Shown here: positions 12,981-25,089 of the stretch, in pieces
Layout: every line of letters starts with the position of its first letter
How positions within the stretch are numbered: the stretch's first letter is position 1
Assembly (NCBI GenBank): GCA_964016885.1
Contig: OZ024740.1
Coordinates: forward strand, 361,336,001 to 361,400,000
Direction of reading: 5' to 3'
DNA length: 64,000 nucleotides
Source: Eledone cirrhosa
Taxonomy: Eukaryota
Position numbers and translations under genes: made by a program
Notes under the pieces: generated by a model
Databases searched by the model: none
What the model saw: the letters and a program-made list of their open reading frames with translations, nothing else
Told to the model about the DNA's origin: nothing

Positions 12981-15900
12981 TTATATGAGATATCTCGGTG
13001 GCAAATGCCAAAACACAATCATATTGAATAATCCTGCAATAAAAAAGAAAAAAAAAACATTTGTATGAACAATGCTTTTATTGCTTGTAGTGCTGAGGCA
13101 CTGACAGCCTTAAACAGATTTAGTCAACCAAGCCGACCCCAGTACTTACTGCTCAAAGTCTGAATTTTATCAATCTCTTTTCTGTTGAACTGCTAAGTTA
13201 CAAGAGACAGACATATACACAAACTCCTGCCTACCAAATTTCACTAACAAGGCATTGGTCAACCAAACACTTGCCCAAAGTGTTACATAGTGGGATTGAA
13301 GCAAAGTCCATAACCACACAGCCATGCCTACATCTATGTTGAGATTTGATTTATCTCGTTTCCTTATAATCCAATTCTAATTCTGTAAGCAGGTTTTGGT
13401 ATTCTAGAGAACATTTTAGAACAAGATGTTCAACATTTTCGTTATGTCATAAGAAGCAATTAAAACGGTGGTTGGCGCTAGGAAAGGCACCCGACTTCAA
13501 AATTCAGCAGCGAAAATGGGCTTAAAAACATCTTGCTGTATCTCCCATGCTGGGTTTTGGTTTTAGTCAAGTGCTTTTATTGAAAAAAATATCAACACCA
13601 CAATTTCCTCCATCTATATATTACTCATAATAATCACTTCAGTCCAATTCCTCCCAGCATGGCAAAGTGGATATGTTAAAAAAACAAACTCAGTTTCAAT
13701 TTCCTTTTCTATAATTTCACTTTTATTGAATTTATTGTTTTAACCCTTTAGCATTTACATTACTCTATATATACTATATTTTCACTGTAAATCCTTTGGC
13801 AGATTCCCTCCACCAGACTAATGAATTTTACATTGACAGCCTACAGATTCTCCCAATCTACTGAAGGAGAAAGCACCTTCCAGCCACCCTGGATAACCAC
13901 TTACATAGGCCCAACCCATCAGGTTATTTATAACCTGTCTTCATCTCAGACAACACCAGGAAGGTGATTGTATACTTTCCTGCGAGTTCTGGTGCAGATA
14001 TTGATGATCTACGGCCTCAGCACCACAAGGATGGTATCTCCCAAGCTCTTTGAGAATCTAACCCAACTTCATATCAGCACACTGTAAAACTGTTTAGATT
14101 CCTTCCCCTCTATTGCAGTTCATCCCTCATCAGTGAGGTGCTCTCTTGGAGCCCCAATTACTGACCAAGTCGTCGTGTCCATCTTTTGATCCAAGTTGGC
14201 TAACCTCAAACAGCTTTTAAAAAACCTTGAGGCTATTGAGCATCACCAAGGTTTTTTTTAATACTTAGGATTGATGGTCTTCAGCCCTGACAAGCTCCGC
14301 ATCTTCGTTGCACCCAGAGTAGGAGTTGATGTATGTTACTGTGGTAGGCCACTTGCCACTTGAATGCTAGTTACTTCACCAAGCTAAACCTAATCGTTAA
14401 GCAGGCCCTAGCTCGGATACATATCCCCTCAGTCCTGGAACCGGCTGGATTATCCAGAATTGATGGGAAGAGACTAGATTATCTCACACTTTATCCCTGG
14501 GTAAGGGGTAGCTGTCCCATTTGGGACACCAGTCAATTTTGTTGTCCCTTCCCCACATCCTAGATTCCACTATAAATTTTAGGGTCAATGCTTCCATTGC
14601 CGAAAGGAATAAAATCGTAAATGTTGCGAGCGTGTTGGCTTGCCTCAAAAGATTCCGATGACCCTTGTGAACGATTGACGCACTTAGTGCTCTTTTTTTT
14701 TCTCTAGCTTTGTTTATATATTTTTGCGTATTATATTTACAAGGCTTCTAGCAATAATTAATTGTATATATTATTTGTATTTATATTTTCATTCTGTAAG
14801 ATTTTAAAACAATTTGTAACGTTATTTATACAGTATATATTTCATAATTTCCTACCTATAAAATATAAAACACACGCACACTTCTTTCGACATTGACAAG
14901 TGAAACGACACCCATTATCGTCAGTCAGTACAACCAACCAGCCTTTTTAAACGACTTATACTTGTTGAGTTGGTTGGTATAAATCATGCGTCTAGATATA
15001 CATTAAATCTGTGGAAGAGCGAACATTGTTCCTAGCTCACAGGTTTAATCATGTAAAGTGAAGAAAAAAAAAAGTCGGTTCCATTTTATTGTATTTCATT
15101 TAGTTTGGTTGATTATATTGAGATTTCAAGGTTGCATATTATACACATGTGAGTGCTGCTAGTAGCTGGCCATTTTCTGTTAATATTAAAGTAATATTTA
15201 CTCAAAACAGCCACAGGCGCTGAATCGATGTGATACCGACTACTCGCTGTTTTATATCTCGTCATTATTGCGCATCGTAAAAATACATACGATCTTAATT
15301 TAATACACTATCGTTTCATCAGACCACGGAAGACTGTTCAGTGAAACCAAGTCCATCATTAAACAGCAGACAACTTCAATTGTATTGTAAAAGCGGAAAT
15401 CAATAGCTCTTTGATGTTGAGACCGAGATCGTTTAAGCCTTACAGCCACGACCATCCAATCTGGTTTTCAGAAATGATAACCAGGATTACATTATCCAAT
15501 GTAGCATTTCGTTTTTAAGATAAGATGTTTGAAGATGATTTGACTGTTACTTTCAGCAGCTCGGTGGTCTAGTGCTTTGTGGTTAAGTAACATTTTAATT
15601 CATTGTTAAATAAATGACCTTGCGGTTAATTAGTTAACTTCGCTATCATACAGTTCCTGCTTTGATTCTCAGTGCAACACAAGCCATGCGAGTGAAATTG
15701 GGTAGACAAAGTATGCGAAAGACCGCCGTGTGAATTGTGTAGTTCCTTTCTCACTTAAAATTTGAGACCCTGAAATGGTTATTAGGCACTGAGTCTTCCT
15801 CGCTCGCTCTCTCTCTCCACACACACACATATATATATAATAATTGTTTCTACTTTTGGCACAAAGCCAGCAATTACCCAGTGTATTATTGGTACTGTAT

Positions 15901-17644
15901 TTTATCGACCCCGTAATGGTTGCTGGCATGTAATTACATTTGTTTCAAAATGGTTTTATTCAACATTTGGTATATTTGCGCAGCTGATTTAAACATAGGT
16001 CGACACTGCTTGAGCAATATGATCAAAAGCATTAAATTGGTGACTATATCTTATTTCTGGCAACAATTCCTATAGGTTGATGATGTAGTCTAGCAGCAGG
16101 TCAATCGTGATCTAGTCTTTTCTTAGAGACGGCCACGTGTGATTCCAGAGAGATTTTACTGTTTTTTGTAACAGCTTGAACGACCACGCAGAGGTTACCT
16201 CAACACATGACGTGGTATAATTTTAAATTACTTGTCTATTTACTTTATTCGAAAGTCACATAACTGAAAACCAAGCCAATCCTAGAGCCAGAGGAACTAC
16301 AAATTTATATATTTAAAAGTAAATGTCATCTAATAAACACTGTACTTGCTGAATAGAATGACAAAACAGCATTGATGACCATTCTTTGATTTATTCGATA
16401 ATTTGAGTACGATTTACTGAACTAAAGAAAATTATGTGTGTGTCTAGCTAACATACGGTACCGAGATTACACACCCACACAATTATATAGGCCAAATTGA
16501 AACATCGAAGTCACTATTACTTTTCTTTTCAGAAAATAAACTTTACACTGTATACAGTGCTCGTTCAGGCAATGTTTAAATGTTTTAAGTACAATGGCAG
16601 TTAAAAGAAGAGAGGGAAGTCGTTAACTTCGAAGAAAGAATGACACGTGTGCAAGCTAACAAGTACACTAGTTTAACTGATATACGCTCTATTTCATTGA
16701 AAGCCACTTTCCATTGTCGGAGGGCATTAACCTTGTATGTCTCGCATAAATTATCACACACACACATATATATCTATATCTTGAGACAAAGATACTTTCT
16801 GACGAAGAAATTTAATTAAAATTACTAAGAGCATTTTCGAGTTAATATTTTTCATAAAACGAATGAAATAAAGGAAACCACAGATGTCTAAGTAGACATG
16901 AATGCTTAAGAAATAATTTTATTATAAAATTTAATTTAATTTATAACAATATTTTCGAAGCTGTAAATCTTTGGTCATTTTAACAAAAATTATAGAAATA
17001 ATATAAAACTAGAACATTTCGCTAACTTTTGTTAGGTGCACTGAAATACATTTAAGACGTAATAAGGACAAGCAGACAAATCAATTCTTCATCATTTTCA
17101 TTCGATATATGTGTATTATTGAAGCCACTACTATTTTTGAGTTTTAATTTCTTTTTAAATTAGATAAATGGATTGACAGGTAGTTTGATTGATCGATAAA
17201 TAATCAGTCTACAACTCGTTCTGAAATCTATAGCAGTATTCGATTTTTCTCATCGGGGAACTGTCTGATGTGTAAAATAACTATAAGAGAAATCATCATC
17301 ATCGTCGTAATAATTCACTTCTTTATTTTATCCCAGCCGACACAAATTGACTAGATCGAATGCTATCATCCCGGAAAGCATGAAAGACAAAGATGATCAC
17401 AACGGAATTTGATCTCTTAACGAGGCTTTTCGCCCCTTCTAGTATGGTACAATGCCCTAATATTAATCATAACGATTTCTTTATTTATATTACAATAAAG
17501 TAATCGATTGTGGTATTGTAATTACTGAGTTGAAAGTAAACAGGAAGATAATCAATGAAGTAAATTTTTGATTTTGATAAATTCTTACCATTTGTTCTTA
17601 ATAGAAACAATAGATAAATATATATTAAAAAATACTTACGCCAT
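12886..17644 (-). promoter_or_regulatory. ATF4 uORF2 (spliced, 50 codons), overlapping the main ORF out of frame
   Basis: ATG GC (17644-17640)|G ATT ATT...AGG TGA (13033-12886) = MAIIQYDCVLAFATEISHINDNREKHGYGTERFRTRLVGRRKTGHVSNER*. Confidence 0.75.
13790..14640 (+). mobile_element. Degenerate CRE-like non-LTR retrotransposon fragment (restriction-like endonuclease region) in ATF4 intron 1
   Basis: [33 protein letters not shown] resembles the RPDGxTxxPW...WD motif; a related copy lies at 50760-51230. Confidence 0.6.
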
Positions 17645-17741
17645 TATGCAAAGGTAAACTTCGCAACTGGAAAGTTGCAACAGGGAAATTAGTGAGACAT
17701 TTTTCAGATAAACTTGTTTAGGAAATTGTAGGTGACTAAAT
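17640..17741 (-). other. ATF4: ATF4 exon 1 (5' leader) with uORF1 (ATG TCT CAC TAA, 17700-17689) and the uORF2 start
   Basis: Inr-like TCATTT (A at 17741) ~30 nt below TATATAAA; donor GGC|GTAAGT at 17640; alternative donor ATG|GTAAGA at 17589. Confidence 0.75.
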
Positions 17742-17764
17742 GATAAGATTATTGCGACTTCTAA

Positions 17765-18049
17765 TTTATATAGCCAGATCCACACATTTCATATATTGAA
17801 AAGTTCTATAAAAGACAACAAAAATTGTAAAAAATATACATAATTGATAATAATAATTCACAAATAACGATAAAAGAAATACTTTTTAATCATGTAATAG
17901 GGCAATATACTTAGAACTATGTTTTCTTAGCGTATTTATATCTAAATAGTTCGGTATTCATGAGAGATTGATCATTTACACGGGCTGATGCAATACTTCC
18001 TTTATTTTGATTGGTCAATTCGTGCCTCACCCAAAAAAGAATTTCGTCA
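17765..18049 (-). promoter_or_regulatory. ATF4 promoter: TATA box, C/EBP-ATF composite site, CCAAT box, CRE half-site
   Basis: TATATAAA 17772-17765; TGATGCAAT 17986-17994; CCAATC(-) 18014-18009; TGACG(-) 18049-18045. Confidence 0.7.
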
Positions 18050-18079
18050 AATACATTCTTCTGTCTGTCTATCTGTGTG

Positions 18080-18145
<66 letters not shown>

Positions 18146-18608
18146 AATGAGAGGTATAGAGATTGTTTTAGCGAGAAGCTAACAGCATTCTATAACATAA
18201 TATATATATATATATATATACGCGATATGTATAAGATATTCTCACTCTCTCTCTCTCTATATATATTTACTTCTCTGAATAAGATATTTTAACAATCTAT
18301 TTTCATTGAGATGTGTATATTTGTGACAAATTTTATAATATGTATAAATATATACATATACATAGTGGTAGTAAAAAACTCAGAAGACCTCCCACCACCA
18401 CCACTCAAGCGAGTGTTTCGGTCCTTAACTTATACTATAAATAAAGTTTATTACACTTAATATGTATGTCTGACCATTGGTTTCGGGTTCGATTTATGAC
18501 ATTCGGACAAAAATACACACTTCAACAGCATCCTAATAAATATTGCCTGTAATCAAAGTGTATACATTTTGGGGGACACCCTTTATATATATATACATAT
18601 ATATAAAT

Positions 18609-18688
<80 letters not shown>

Positions 18689-18732
18689 TAACAACAAAGA
18701 GCGCTTAGAACATAGGTATATCTTTGTTGTTA

Positions 18733-18782
<50 letters not shown>

Positions 18783-18822
18783 TAACAACAAAGAGCGCTT
18801 AGAACATAGGTATATCTTTAAT

Positions 18823-18868
18823 TGCTAACAGTGTTTCGTCCACACTAGAAGTGGGACTCTTCAGAGCA
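18823..18868 (-). ncRNA. Type I hammerhead ribozyme
   Basis: TGCT-CTGAAGA-GTCC CACT tct AGTG t GGAC-GAAAC act GTT-AGCA; next to a duplicated ~45-bp end motif and (TA)n. Confidence 0.7.
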
Positions 18869-19583
18869 TAAAGAGTAAATACATAGTATACAAGCATTGA
18901 CAAAGCCAAAACAGAAGAATATATGTGGGGATACCATAAGTTGGGAGGAGTTTAAAGAGTAAAGTAAAAGGAGTAAAATAAGAAAAGAGTAAAATAAAAA
19001 TAAAAATAAAAATAAAAATAAAAATAAAAATAAAAATGTTATCACTCACAGTTGGGCAGGGTTCCGTTAACATACAGCTACATACAAGTATACGCATAAG
19101 CATGAGCACCCGCATGCACCTACACACAAGCACCCGTATGCAACACATACAGTATACACTAATACAAATAACATATCATAGACGGATGGGCACAAGTTAA
19201 GAGATAGAGATAGATAAAAAATAGATAAGAGGTAGATAAAAAATAGATAAAAAATAGGTAAACAATAGATAAAAAAAATAGGTAAGAAATAGATAAAAAA
19301 AATAGGTAAAAAATAGATAAAAAATAGATAAAAGATAAAAAATAAAATAAAATAAAATAAAGTAAAGTAAAATATACACCAGAAGATAAATAAAACAATA
19401 CACCCAAAAAAAATGGAGTAAAATATACACCATAAAGGAAGGTGTGGGTAAAGATAAGACTGGCAAATGCATAAGCTATCAAGCTATGTTCAACAAGTGA
19501 TATACGTACAACATATAAAATACACAAAAATATATACAAAAATATATATAAAAAATATATATAAAAGAGACGTATATATAAGG

Positions 19584-19615
<32 letters not shown>

Positions 19616-19856
19616 CAGTCCAAGTAATGCATATTTATAAAAATGTAACTGGGGGTAAAAAGATGTAATAAGGGTAATCAAGATGGTAATTATTAGGGCA
19701 TGTAATAATAATATTATTATAGAAATCCTAAGGTGACACTAGTGTTGACTCATGAGCCAGGGAGTGTAACTTGGAGTTACTATAGGTTCACCCGGGTGAG
19801 CACTCGATGTTTAGGTTCATTTCTGTGTCGAGGTGTAGAGCTATACAGGAGTGTAT

Positions 19857-20054
19857 TATAGTGAAATAAAATAACAAGGACGATTGGTTACTCCTTCATT
19901 ACGTTTATTGGTTAGTGACGCGCGTTTCGCCACTGATCAGCTCAAGGTTCGATTTGATCGAACAGATCGAACCTTGAGCTGATCAGTGACGAAACGCGCG
20001 TGACCAACCAATAAACGTAATGAAGGAGTAACCAATCGTCCTTGTTATTTTATT

Positions 20055-20062
<8 letters not shown>
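19857..20062. repeat. ~206-bp spacer-less palindrome carrying hammerhead 3' halves
   Basis: Arms pair around 19959/19960 with few mismatches; GAAACGCGCGT(C/G) in each arm; followed by (TA)n. Confidence 0.9.
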
Positions 20063-20135
<73 letters not shown>

Positions 20136-20137
<2 letters not shown>

Positions 20138-20500
20138 CCCTAAAATGGGAGAAATTAGCTAAAACCCAAAGCTTTTCCAGGAGCCAAAATTTCTGCAAAT
20201 TGTGTAATCTTGAGATTTATTACATAATCACACACAAGAAGAAACTGCTGAATAACAGAATTGAACGAACATTATTCTGCCGTCACAAAACTAAAACCCT
20301 TTTTTCCCACTACAAGCCGAATATTACATAAAAGAGGGACATCCCCCAACTATATAAACCTTAATCTAGTTAGAAAAATATAAAAACAATCTCTTCTCAA
20401 CATATATTAATAACTTTAAATTACCACACTAATAATGGAAAGATATGCTGATGAGAATAGGTGCAAATATGCGATAATGAATGTCTTAAAACGTCCATAA
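20136..20500 (+). mobile_element. PLE 3' fragment (endonuclease C-terminus + degenerate hammerhead)
   Basis: TLKWEKLAKTQSFSRSQNFCKLCNLEIYYII...LLNNRIERTLFCRHKTK, homologous to 55716-55901; TATG-CTGATGA...AAAACGTC-CATA at 20444-20499. Confidence 0.7.
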
Positions 20501-20596
20501 GTATGTATATATATGTGAAAATGTATATAAATAAGTAAATATATATATGTTTGATGTGTATAGTTAAATGTAAGTGTATTCATGTATTAAAGTGCT

Positions 20597-20681
<85 letters not shown>

Positions 20682-21237
20682 ATATGTGTATATAGATGTG
20701 TATGTATGTGTATGTGTGTACACATGGACTAGAGTATGTATGTATATATGTGTGTGTCTATACGTGTGTATATAAAGATAAGTTGAGTATGAAAATGTAT
20801 ACACATGAGCGCGTATGTATGTACGTGAATACATGTGTGTATATATATGTGTATGCATGTGTATATATATGTAAGTATGAATATGTGAATTGTGAGTATA
20901 TGTATTTTGTAGAGGTGTGCAAATATATTTGTGTGTGAATGCGTGGGTGAAAGGATACGTACACTTGAAAGAAAAATTTAAGTCTGAATGTTAATTAAGT
21001 GCAAACACAAAACCAACCACGCATATCTTTACTATCTCTAATCCTTCTATAGATTTAGAAAAATAACCAATAATATATTCTATAAAAAATGTCAAAACAA
21101 CAGATGGGAATCTAATTACTCACTGCCACCAAGAATTCTCACTGCTATCGAAAAACCACTCCTTCAACTATTCTTCTAACAACTTCACCCCTCCCTCCTA
21201 ATATTCTCTATAAAAACTAAATAGGTCCTCAGTAATA

Positions 21238-21357
21238 TTATTCTGATGAAATGACAGTAAATAATAACATTGAAATATTGAATGTCTGCATAACTAAAAG
21301 TTTGTAGATAGCAGCTGTTTTAGGTTATGTAACTGTTATAGAAACACGTGTCAATAA
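21238..21357 (+). ncRNA. Type I hammerhead ribozyme with long stem II
   Basis: TTATT-CTGATGA-aATGACAGT...(91-nt stem II region)...ACTGTTATa-GAAAC ACGT GTC-AATAA. Confidence 0.8.
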
Positions 21358-21391
21358 ATTCCTTTCAACTAAACTGTATCCATTCAAATCT

Positions 21392-21420
<29 letters not shown>

Positions 21421-21426
<6 letters not shown>

Positions 21427-21972
21427 CAAATAACGAAACGAAATTAAATTTCGTTTCGTTTGTAACTCACTTTTGTATACATATGTGGATGTACATTTTT
21501 AACTTAATTGTTTAAGCGTCAGTCATACAAAAGTGAGTTACAAACGAAACGAAATTTAATTTCGTTTCGTTATTTGTTTTTATCGTCTCCGTTGATCCGG
21601 TACGTACTCACACTCTATGCAAATTAGTCTGCCCACTACTAATTTTCATAGAAAAAGCATATAACGATATGTGCTTTTACGATTCTCTAGAAAGGCCGGG
21701 AGATAGGTAAATATTGCTGATGAGTTGTAACAACAACGAAACTAGTTCAATATTCCTTGTCTGGCTTTCTGGAGAATAGAGGAAAGGTGTTTCCTCAAAA
21801 ACCAGTATGACTCTAAAAACCGGTTTGTCTGTGTGTTTACATACAGAATAGCTGGACACTCACAGTAAAGTGACCAGTGAAAAAATCGGTACATCTACAT
21901 ATGTATACGTGTGTGTATTCATATGCATACTAGTATTTCAGTATACATATGTGGATGTACATTTTTAACTTA

Positions 21973-21977
<5 letters not shown>
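21421..21977 (+). mobile_element. Non-coding hammerhead element A (retrozyme-like): 466-bp unit + 37-bp terminal redundancy + inverted 5' piece
   Basis: Direct repeats 21475-21511 / 21941-21977; inverted repeat 21421-21478 / 21525-21582; ATGCAAAT at 21617-21624; flanked by (TA)n. Confidence 0.75.
21710..21754 (+). ncRNA. Type I hammerhead ribozyme (minimal stem III)
   Basis: AATATTG-CTGATGA-GTTGT aaca ACAAC-GAAAC TA GTT-CAATATT; perfect 7-bp stem I and 5-bp stem II. Confidence 0.88.
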
Positions 21978-22043
<66 letters not shown>

Positions 22044-22102
22044 AATATATATATATTCAATGATATTAAATAAATGGAAACTATATTTATAAAACCATAT
22101 TT

Positions 22103-22161
22103 ATTCTATTATATATATTTCAAGGGTACCAAAACTTTGGTACGCCCTCATCAGATAAAAT
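22103..22161 (-). ncRNA. Type I hammerhead ribozyme
   Basis: ATTTTAT-CTGATGA-GGGcGTACCAAAgtTTTGGTACCCTt-GAAAT ATAT ATA-ATAGAAT. Confidence 0.8.
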
Positions 22162-22257
22162 ACAAAGTTTGTTTTATAAATATTGACATAGCCAGGAAGA
22201 TCTTAACGGTTCAAGTTTTTCCTGGATAGATTATATATTTGTTAAATATCCCTTTTG

Positions 22258-22335
<78 letters not shown>

Positions 22336-25089
22336 AATATTGCTTTTTGCTGAACTCCTTATTGTAGAGTTTTTTCGGTATGTTTTTGACTGTTATTTCA
22401 TGTAAACAAACATTCGTCTCATTCTGACGCCACCAGCCCTGTCTCCACGTGTGCGTTTTATTTTTATAATTACGCATGATGTCGAACTAGCCTGCTTTTA
22501 AATTCCCTTTTTGGCATATTATAATCAGTGAGATTTGGTTATCGTGTTGAGCTCTGCTGATGATCGAATCCAACCGTGACCATCCCCACTGAAAGTTTCG
22601 TGAAATAGTCTTTTCAAGACTATACAGACCATTTGTAGTCTTTCCAAATTGAAGTATGAGTATTTTAGACTTTATTTTATCATGAGTTAAGGCTCTATTG
22701 ATTTTTCCCTGAATTTCACTAAATTCTGTTGGATGAATCTATATCCTGATTCTTTTTGAATTGAGTTTGAATTATTTTTCCTACATCTTACGTTAACTAT
22801 TTTCCCATTTTGACGCTATAGTCACTTATATATTATGGAATACTGTGTGCTTCTTGCTCATAATAATTTCTATACTTTTCATTTATATATATATATATAT
22901 ATATATATCGTTTCTGAATTTGTTTAGCAAGATTCTTTATCTGTAAACGTGTGTTGAAACCGATATTGTTATACTTCAACCTCAGGCGTCCTCGGACCAA
23001 GTACTGCCGAGGTCCTCCGTAAAATCAGAACGTCAACAGCCCGTCTGAGGAAGGCACTCCGCTGGCCATTGTCTGCAGAAATGCCTTTGCAGTTTTGTCC
23101 GCGGGGCGCAGCCGAAACACTAAGCATAGTACTTGTCACCCTCTCTCTTTCTTTCGTGGTTTATTTCCCATGCAGCCAGATCTACCCTTCTTTATCCTCC
23201 ACTTCTTTTAATTATTTTGATTTTATCTTTTTTTCTTCACATTTCCATCATTGTATAACTTCTTTTTGTAAAATATAGTTGACATAATATGTTTATGTAT
23301 AACAGATAAAATAAAATAATCTTTATTTTTTATTTATTTATATAATTTGTCCGTCACTCACTGAAAGGGAGATGACTGAGGAAAGAAGGGGGTGAAACTA
23401 TAGAAAACAGCGACCATCGTTCTAAGGTGCACTACACTTGTGTGAATATGTGTAGCGAATTGGCCAGTATCGGTAGAGGGTTGGACGCCATGCTTTCTAG
23501 CATAGTTACTTCCCTTTACGGTCTGAGTTCAAATCCCGTCGAGGTTAACTTTGCCTTTCATCCTTACAGGGTCGATAAAATAAAGTACCAGTAATGTACT
23601 GAGTAATTGCTGGCCTTGTGCCAAAAGTAGAAACAATTATTGAGTGAGTATAGGGCGGTTGATTGTCAGAATCAATAGAGCGTAGGACACCATGCTTTGC
23701 GGCATTAAGTTACATTCTGAGTTCAAATCCCGTCATGGTTATCTTTGCTTTTCATCGTTACGGGGTCGATAAAATAAAGTAACAGGCACTCACTGAGGTC
23801 GATTTAATGCCCCCCCCCCCCAAAAAAAAAAATTACTGGCCTTGTGCCTACATCAGAAATCATTATTGAGTGTGTTTCGTGTGAGTATATACGCGTATGT
23901 GTGTTTATATTTTATATACTCATATCAATGTATACATAAGAACAAAATATTATCTTGGTTATATAAGTTAGTTATGTATAGTTTTTTTTTCCAAAACATT
24001 TTGTAATGAAAGAATTATATGTGTGAATGTGTTAGGGTTATACAGTCTTCTATGTATATATATATACGTGAGTGAATTAATATACAATATAAGCTTTCTA
24101 TATGAACCTCTTTTCGCCCACATTCTTAATATATTCTTTATTCTCACGCAGTTTTCTTTCTTTCGCCCTTTCCTCTATCTCGATAAATATGTGTATATAT
24201 AGAACTCTATTTATAGGCATTCATCTGTCTTTTCTATTACTTGGGGAAAATCCCCACTCTAAAAGTTTGTATACATTTCTTATTCACACGAATAGATGTG
24301 TGTGTGTGCGTGTGTATATATATATATATAAGTATGTATACGTACATACATATATGTAAAGGAAAGGGATGTTTCTCTTTGTCGAATAAATAAATGAACA
24401 ATCAAGTCTAACAATCATTTTATTTAATGCAATAATTTAGTAAATTTCCTACAACGTCAATATTTTGAGGAGCGGATCTTTCCACGTCTGTTCATGTCCG
24501 TGGTCCAAAAAGAGTGAGTGAACCTGTGGCTGTGTCCGGGTGTATTTTTGCCTCCGCTCCCTGAAGGGTTGTTAAGGGGAGGCAACTGCTAGTTGCCAAG
24601 CGACCATCTCAGCCACTACATTCACCTCGGAGCAGATTTTTTGTCGAAAAATCGTTAACAATGAAGCGAAGGTAGTTTACAAAATGTAGAAGAATGTATC
24701 AACAAATAATAATAAATAGGTTCATGTCTGCGAGCATTAACACAGGAAAAAAAAAAACAAAAAAAAAAAAACGTACAGTAAAAGATGAAAAATGCATGAA
24801 AAGATAACACTCTCCGCAATAAAGGGGCCCCAGATGCGATAAACAAGAAAAAAAATGTTTTGCTAGGCAATGAAAATGCCATATGTAGCATAGTTATAAA
24901 AATGCACTAAAAAAAAAAATGGACTGTGTCAGAATTGACAACAGTCGTAATGTTACGCAAAATATAATATATTGACACTGCCGTAGGCAGTCAAGAATCA
25001 AAAAGTAACAAAATGCAATGTACAACAAAAACAATTGAAAGGAAAAAAACAAACAAAAAAATACAATTCAGTTTATATTACTGCATAGC

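Noticed and set aside
23041-23125. CTGAGGA-AGGC...GCC-GAAAC hammerhead-like core
   Set aside because: No NUH triplet or stem I partner after GAAAC; at most a decayed copy.
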